From assembly GCA_031411295.1 (NCBI GenBank), contig JANOAV010000161.1, positions 1-64,000 of the forward strand: a stretch of DNA of 64,000 nucleotides. Direction: 5' to 3'. This DNA is from Verrucomicrobiales bacterium (GTDB lineage: Bacteria > Verrucomicrobiota > Verrucomicrobiia > Verrucomicrobiales > V1-33). Below are positions 58,739 through 64,000 of this stretch, in pieces (within the stretch, counting starts at the first letter, position 1; the number at the start of each line of letters is the position of its first letter). The notes beneath the pieces were generated by a model. It had not been told where the DNA came from and did no database searches. It was given only the letters and a program-made list of their open reading frames with translations. Both the position numbers and the translations under genes were made by a program.

Positions 58739-60052
58739 CTACGCCAGCACCAGCGGGCCACCTGCGCTCAACGCCTTGTTACCAAAGGTTTCTAGCCGAT
58801 GTCCCATGGCGTGGGCGAGGGTGAGCCAGAGGCGATTGTGGGCCAGGTTGTCGAATTTCAGGGCTCGACCCATGGGCAGTCCCAGCCCGCCACCGAGCAA
58901 CACAAACGGAATATTGTCGTGGCTGTGGCTGTTGCCTTTCCCCAATTCGTTGGTCCAGATGATCGTGGTGTGGTCCAGCATGGAACCCTCCCCACCCGGC
59001 TCGGGTGTGGCCTCCAACTTGCGGGCCAGCATGGCGAGTTGTTCGCAGAACCACGTATCAATCTTTACTAACTTTTCTTGCGACCCCACGTTCAGATCTG
59101 GATCATGAGAGAGTCCGTGGTGGTTATCATCAATTCCCAGCCACTTCATGCGCGCCTGACCAACCGAGCTGGTGTATTGCAGGGTAGCCACCCGTGCCAG
59201 ATCATTGGCCAAGGCATTCACCAGCAAATCCGTCTGCACTCCCGAGACCTTCGGCATCCCGTCATTGTCCAAGTCCATGCCAATCTCCAGGGCTGGGGGC
59301 GGTTGGCTGAGCTTCTGGGCGGCCGCTTGTTGCAGTTCCTGCTCCATTTGCCGGACAAATGACAGGTGCTGCTCCAAGAGCGATTTCTCCGCCATGGGCA
59401 GGTTATTGCTAACTGTTTTCAATTCCTCCGTCACTTCATCAAGCACACTGCCCAAACTCTCGCGATCCTTGGTCTGGCCATAGAGTTTCTCGAATACTTC
59501 ATAGGGGTTGCTCAGTGGAGCCAGCGGGGCATTCGGTCCGGCATACGTCCAGCGCGTCCAGGGGTCTGCGCGATTCGGCACGGCCACGCCCAGCTCCAGC
59601 GAGCCAAAGCGGGTAGCGGTCTCGGGCTTGCTTTGGAGGAAATTTTTCAACTCCTGATCAATGGACAATCCACTGGCCCAGCCAGCGGGATTCTCTCCCC
59701 CACCCTGAATGTTTCCCGGGAATAACTCGATGGCCGTGAGCAAACAACTCATGCCGCGCATGTGCCCATCACCATCGCCCCGCACCTTGTTGGAGATGCC
59801 TTTGATCGTCATGAGCCGCTGTTTGAACGGTTCCAGAGGGGCCAGAATTTTCTTTAATTTAAAGTCTGTGCCCACCTCATCCGGCCAGAACTCAGGCACG
59901 ACGACCCCGTTAGGGCTAAACATGAAAATGACCCGTTGCGGCTTGGAGCGCGCGCCCTCCGCGTGTAGATGTGGCAGCGCAGGCAGGAATGGCAAGGCCG
60001 CGGCAGAGAGGCCCAGGCGTTGGAGGAAATGACGACGAGAAAGAGCGTTCAT
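58739..60052 (-). CDS. DUF1552 family protein (Tat-exported)
   Basis: SRRHFL, SPNG, SIDQ, SLELG, HHGLSH and EGSMLDHT motifs. Confidence 0.9.
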   Translation of the reverse strand: MNALSRRHFLQRLGLSAAALPFLPALPHLHAEGARSKPQRVIFMFSPNGVVVPEFWPDEVGTDFKLKKILAPLEPFKQRLMTIKGISNKVRGDGDGHMRGMSCLLTAIELFPGNIQGGGENPAGWASGLSIDQELKNFLQSKPETATRFGSLELGVAVPNRADPWTRWTYAGPNAPLAPLSNPYEVFEKLYGQTKDRESLGSVLDEVTEELKTVSNNLPMAEKSLLEQHLSFVRQMEQELQQAAAQKLSQPPPALEIGMDLDNDGMPKVSGVQTDLLVNALANDLARVATLQYTSSVGQARMKWLGIDDNHHGLSHDPDLNVGSQEKLVKIDTWFCEQLAMLARKLEATPEPGGEGSMLDHTTIIWTNELGKGNSHSHDNIPFVLLGGGLGLPMGRALKFDNLAHNRLWLTLAHAMGHRLETFGNKALSAGGPLVLA

Positions 60053-62448
60053 CGGCTGGCTTGGTTGGAGGATGGCGGCGGTGGTTGCGCGGCTAGGACG
60101 TTGATGGCAATGAAAAGATAGCGCATGTGAAAGGCGGACTTGGCGAAATTTTCGTTTAGTTTATCCAAAGTATCGAGACCATAAGCAGCGGCGGGTTGCT
60201 TCACGGTGAAATGAAACATTTGCTGCACGAAACCCCGTTGGGCTTGGACACTGGAAACGGCATAGGTCGCCAAATCGCGCGGGCCTTGCAGTTTCACGAC
60301 GTCGCCATCGGAGGTGACATAGTCAGAGACAGCATTCACGGGCTTGTTGTTATCCGTGGTGCGATACCGACCCACGGCATCGAAATTTTCCAACGTGAAT
60401 CCCAGCGGATTGATTGTGACATGACACCCCATGCAGGAGGCTTTGTCGGTCATGGAGGCTACTTTTTCTCGCATCGTTAGGGTGGGATCGAAGCGCTCAT
60501 CCTTGAACTCAATCGCCATCGGAGGCGGCTTGAGCAGACGGCCCATAACATTGCGGGTGAGGAACACCCCCCGGTGCACAGGGGAGGAAGAGCGCACATA
60601 GGAAAATGTGGCGAGGAGAAATGGATGCGTGAAGATCCCTGCGCGCTGGGCGCGGTCAAATTTCACTTGAGTGAAATCACCGGCTGCCGCCTCGGCCGGA
60701 AGGGCGGTTCCGTAAAAGGCGGCTAGTCTGGGGTTCAAATAGAGGTAGTCCGCTTCCAATAACTCCCGGTAGTCGGACTGCTCACTCCAAGCCACATGGT
60801 CCACGAACAATTCCAGCGAGCGACGCAAATCAGCCACCAGCGGACGATCGAAGCCGGGATAGGTCTTGTCATCCTTGCTGAGATCTCCCCCTTCGGAGAG
60901 CTTCAACCAGTGGGCAAAAAATTCGTGCAATTTGGCACGTGCCCGGGGATCGCTCATCATGCGGACTGCGTGGGCGTTGATTTGTTCCGGGGTGTGGAGT
61001 TCCCCCTTCTTGGCCGCTTCGGCCAGCGGGGCATCTGGCAGAGAGTCCCACATCCCTAACGCCAAGCGGGCGGCCACGCTGGCATCATCCGACTCGTGGC
61101 CTACTTCTGGATACAGGAAGCGGGGGGATTTTAAGATCAGCATGGTAGCTCGTTTTACAGCTAGTTCCGGCTCCACCCCTTCAGAGAACGCGCGATCCAC
61201 GTAGAGTTTGCGGAGGTCGTCATTCAAGGGCCTCCGGAAGGCCCGTTCCGCAAAGGTAGCCACGAATTGCCTCAATTTATCCACTCGGTCCGGAGCGTTC
61301 TCCTTGACCTGAGCCAGATGCCCCAAGCGTTCACTGGCTTCATTTCCCATCGCAATGGCTGCCCGCGTCGTGGCCTCATGCCATCCCAGCGAGACGGCGT
61401 TGCCACGCTCGTAGCCCACGCTGCCATCGTCTGCCGGGAAGGCGGTGCTCACCACTGCCACGCGAGTGGCTGCCGCTGGGGAAATATAGGGCGCTGCGAT
61501 GACCGCCCAATCCACGCTGGGAGACTTCCATTCCAACGACATCATGCCCCGCTTTTCCTTGTATTTAAAATAGTCCAACCGAAGCGGATAGGCTCGACCG
61601 CCCAGCAAGAACATCTTGGCGGTGGCCTCCCTAACCGTCTCCCCAGAACTCACCCAAGCATCAATCAAGGCGGGCTGAATCTTTCCACTGCTGTCGTCGC
61701 GATAGTTCCCGTCCCCATCTTTCTTGTCTCCATTTAAGTAGAGTCGCGCCCCGTTCGGGGTTTTGATACGAAATTCATACCAACCCGTTTCGGTCGGCAG
61801 CAGGGAGCCTTCCCAGGCGATGGAAAACTGATCTGGCTTGATGTCCGGTGCGGGCGGGCCCTCGGCAAAGTCGAATGCCAAGCGTGCATCCACCCGATCC
61901 AATCCATGCTTGGCCTTCTTGTTCATGCCGTCGGAAGAGAAATATTTTCCCGCCAAGCCCTTCGGCTCTCCGAGCGGGAGCACCTTGCCGAAACTGCCAA
62001 AGAGATCCGCCACGGATTCTTGGAATTGCCGATTCGTCAGCCGGGAGAAATCTCGTTTCGGCGGATGCAGCCGCGCGCGGGCCGCTTGGGAGTAGAAGGC
62101 ATCGTAAATATACTTCGCCACCGCCTTGGCGTCCTCACCCACGCAGAGTTCAGGCTTTTCGTCAGGCATCGTTTTATCGATGTATTTCGCCAGCGCTTCC
62201 AAGGATCGCTCGCCTCGTAAAGGTTCATCCGACTTGTCGGCCACGCCCTCGCCAGATTTCCCGTGGCACTCGACACACAGCTTTTGATAAATGGCCTCTC
62301 CGTTTGGTGCGGGAGGTGTCTCCTGGGCTGCCAGCGGAGCAAAACTTCCACTCAGTCCACAGCACGCCAGCACGCGAACCAAGGAACGCAATGGATTGGG
62401 GGCGGTGGGGGACGGTTGCTTCATGTTCAAATTGGGGGGACCACTCAT
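60049..62448 (-). CDS. Cytochrome c / PA14 / DUF1592-DUF1588-DUF1595 multidomain protein
   Basis: CVECH; PA14-like region; AFRRP, SPRFLY, WDSLPD, SPVHRG..RN, CMGCH and LENFDAVGRYR motifs. Confidence 0.9.
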   Translation of the reverse strand: MSGPPNLNMKQPSPTAPNPLRSLVRVLACCGLSGSFAPLAAQETPPAPNGEAIYQKLCVECHGKSGEGVADKSDEPLRGERSLEALAKYIDKTMPDEKPELCVGEDAKAVAKYIYDAFYSQAARARLHPPKRDFSRLTNRQFQESVADLFGSFGKVLPLGEPKGLAGKYFSSDGMNKKAKHGLDRVDARLAFDFAEGPPAPDIKPDQFSIAWEGSLLPTETGWYEFRIKTPNGARLYLNGDKKDGDGNYRDDSSGKIQPALIDAWVSSGETVREATAKMFLLGGRAYPLRLDYFKYKEKRGMMSLEWKSPSVDWAVIAAPYISPAAATRVAVVSTAFPADDGSVGYERGNAVSLGWHEATTRAAIAMGNEASERLGHLAQVKENAPDRVDKLRQFVATFAERAFRRPLNDDLRKLYVDRAFSEGVEPELAVKRATMLILKSPRFLYPEVGHESDDASVAARLALGMWDSLPDAPLAEAAKKGELHTPEQINAHAVRMMSDPRARAKLHEFFAHWLKLSEGGDLSKDDKTYPGFDRPLVADLRRSLELFVDHVAWSEQSDYRELLEADYLYLNPRLAAFYGTALPAEAAAGDFTQVKFDRAQRAGIFTHPFLLATFSYVRSSSPVHRGVFLTRNVMGRLLKPPPMAIEFKDERFDPTLTMREKVASMTDKASCMGCHVTINPLGFTLENFDAVGRYRTTDNNKPVNAVSDYVTSDGDVVKLQGPRDLATYAVSSVQAQRGFVQQMFHFTVKQPAAAYGLDTLDKLNENFAKSAFHMRYLFIAINVLAAQPPPPSSNQASR

Positions 62449-62642
62449 TGGTGTCTTTAAGAAACGTCGGATATGACCGGATGCGCTCGGTTTTATTTAC
62501 GCATTTATAGGCTCCCGTAGCTGCGGGTAAACGCTGCCAGCAGGACAGGAACTGCTCAGCAGGATGTCGATCAGGGATCCCTTAACCCCGTGAAAATCCT
62601 TTGGCGGCGGCAGCTTTCTGTGATATCGGTGCGTCAGCCACC

Positions 62643-63146
62643 ATGACCACAGACGCACTCACTTGGGAATCCATTATCGCAGACCGCAGTCTGCGTGATT
62701 TGCCGTATAAGATTGAAACGAACCGTCATCAACAAATCATCATGAGTCCCGCCACCTTCTGGCACAGCGATTACCAAGGAGAAATCACCGCCCTGCTGAG
62801 CCGACTGCTGCCCAACGGAAAAGTTCCCGTGGAATGCGCCATCCAAACGTCAGAAGGCATCAGAGTGCCGGATGCGGCTTGGATTTCATTGGAACGCCGC
62901 AAGCCACACCGCCGTGCCACCGTGCTGCCCATCGCACCAGAGATTTGCGTGGAAGTCCTTTCCCCTTCGAATACGCGGGGACACATGATCGAGAAAATGA
63001 CGCTCTATTTCGCCAAAGGCGCGGAAGAGGTCTGGCTCTGCGATGAAGCTGGTCGCATGGAATTTTTCACGGCCCCCAGCGCCCCAGATTCCGTAGCCGC
63101 CTCTGTGCGGTGTCCGGATTTTCCGGTGCAGTTGGACGTGGATTAA
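62643..63146 (+). CDS. Uma2-family endonuclease
   Basis: DLPYKIE, IIMSP, VPDAAW, APEICVEVLSPSN and YFAKGAEEVW motifs. Confidence 0.92.
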   Translation: MTTDALTWESIIADRSLRDLPYKIETNRHQQIIMSPATFWHSDYQGEITALLSRLLPNGKVPVECAIQTSEGIRVPDAAWISLERRKPHRRATVLPIAPEICVEVLSPSNTRGHMIEKMTLYFAKGAEEVWLCDEAGRMEFFTAPSAPDSVAASVRCPDFPVQLDVD

Positions 63147-63254
63147 GGCCGACCATCGCCCTCTTCCCAAGAATAGAGCTTCCGCCTAGCGTGAGAACTC
63201 ATTTGATTCACGAGGTTCCCATTGCCAAGAACTGAACTTGGGCTAGGCTTTGGC

Positions 63255-63473
63255 ATGATAGATCGGATCACCTTCAATCCCCAGCAATGTGGTGGACGCC
63301 CCTGTATTCGGGGGCTGCGCGTCCGTGTGCAGGATATCTTAAATCTCTTAGCCGAAGGCCTTTCGCACGCCGAAATCTTAGAAGACTTCCCATATTTGGA
63401 GGCCGCTGACCTCACAGCGTGCTTGGCGTATGCGGCTTCTGAAGCTGACCACCCGGTGCTCTTAACTCACTAG
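63255..63473 (+). CDS. DUF433 (VapB45-like) antitoxin
   Basis: RITFNPQQCGGRPCIRGLRVRVQDIL..LA.G....EIL..FPYLE. Confidence 0.92.
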   Translation: MIDRITFNPQQCGGRPCIRGLRVRVQDILNLLAEGLSHAEILEDFPYLEAADLTACLAYAASEADHPVLLTH

Positions 63474-63477
63474 CATC

Positions 63478-63504
63478 ATGCGGTTCCTGATTGAGGTAAG
63501 ATGA
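63478..63504 (+). pseudogene. Stub of a DUF5615/VapC45-like PIN toxin
   Basis: MRFLIEVR* starts 4 nt after the DUF433 stop. MRFLID is the usual start of the cognate toxin. Confidence 0.55.
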
Positions 63505-63643
63505 TCCTCGATTGCATGGGCGGAGTCGCTCCCGAACCAAAAAATTCCCCGAAATTTCCCCAGCGGATTGAATTTTGTGGTGCAAATTACGCCCCCGCCC
63601 GGCCACTTATCCACTTTCTCATTCTCTTACTCCCCCACCCACC

Positions 63644-64000
63644 ATGACCAAGCAGGTCACTCTTTACGACACCACCCTCCGCGACGGCACCCAAGGCACT
63701 GGCATCAGTTTCTCGGTGGCCGATAAACTTCGTGTGGCACATAAGCTTGATGAATTTGGGATCGACTACATTGAAGGCGGTTGGCCGGGGTCCAATCCGC
63801 GGGATGAAGCGTTTTTTGCGGAGGCGGCCACCCACACGTGGAAGCATGCCAAACTGGCTGCTTTTGGAATGACGCGTCGAGGGAAACTCAAGGTGGAGGA
63901 CGACGAGCAGGTGCAGAAGTTGCTCGATGCCAAGACACCCGTCGTTTGCGTGGTCGGCAAGACTTGGGCCCTGCACGTGACGGAAGTTTTCCGGGTCACG
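63644..64000 (+). CDS. cimA: Citramalate synthase (partial, runs off the window)
   Basis: YDTTLRDGTQG.GISFS..DK, DYIEGGWPGSNP.D and VGKTW.LHV motifs. Confidence 0.9.
   Translation, partial: MTKQVTLYDTTLRDGTQGTGISFSVADKLRVAHKLDEFGIDYIEGGWPGSNPRDEAFFAEAATHTWKHAKLAAFGMTRRGKLKVEDDEQVQKLLDAKTPVVCVVGKTWALHVTEVFRVT

Overview
A 64-kb chromosomal window from a GC-rich PVC-superphylum bacterium, most likely Verrucomicrobiota. This is inferred from DUF1501/PPC, DUF1592-DUF1552, CotH/lamin-tail/PA14, DUF1080 and autotransporter beta-strand-repeat genes. Housekeeping content includes actCDEF of alternative complex III, purM/purQ, mnmG, cdd, xerD, tRNA-Thr(GGT)-tuf, lpdA and a partial cimA. The window probably spans the replication origin: three parS palindromes lie in or before mnmG, a DnaA-box-like cluster lies at about 49.6-49.9 kb with no dnaA nearby, and gene orientation switches close by. 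Accessory content includes an IS5-family element truncating a large secreted protein and a Dsr1-like sirtuin followed by an uncharacterised two-gene module enclosing an 11 x 21-bp array with a palindromic core. It also includes a four-gene exported heme/di-heme/patatin/beta-barrel cluster, an integrase-less integron-like cassette beside a 42-bp tandem array, a MITE carrying a REP pair, and decayed Uma2/toxin-antitoxin remnants. All calls come from reading the sequence and recalled family motifs; no database search was run.
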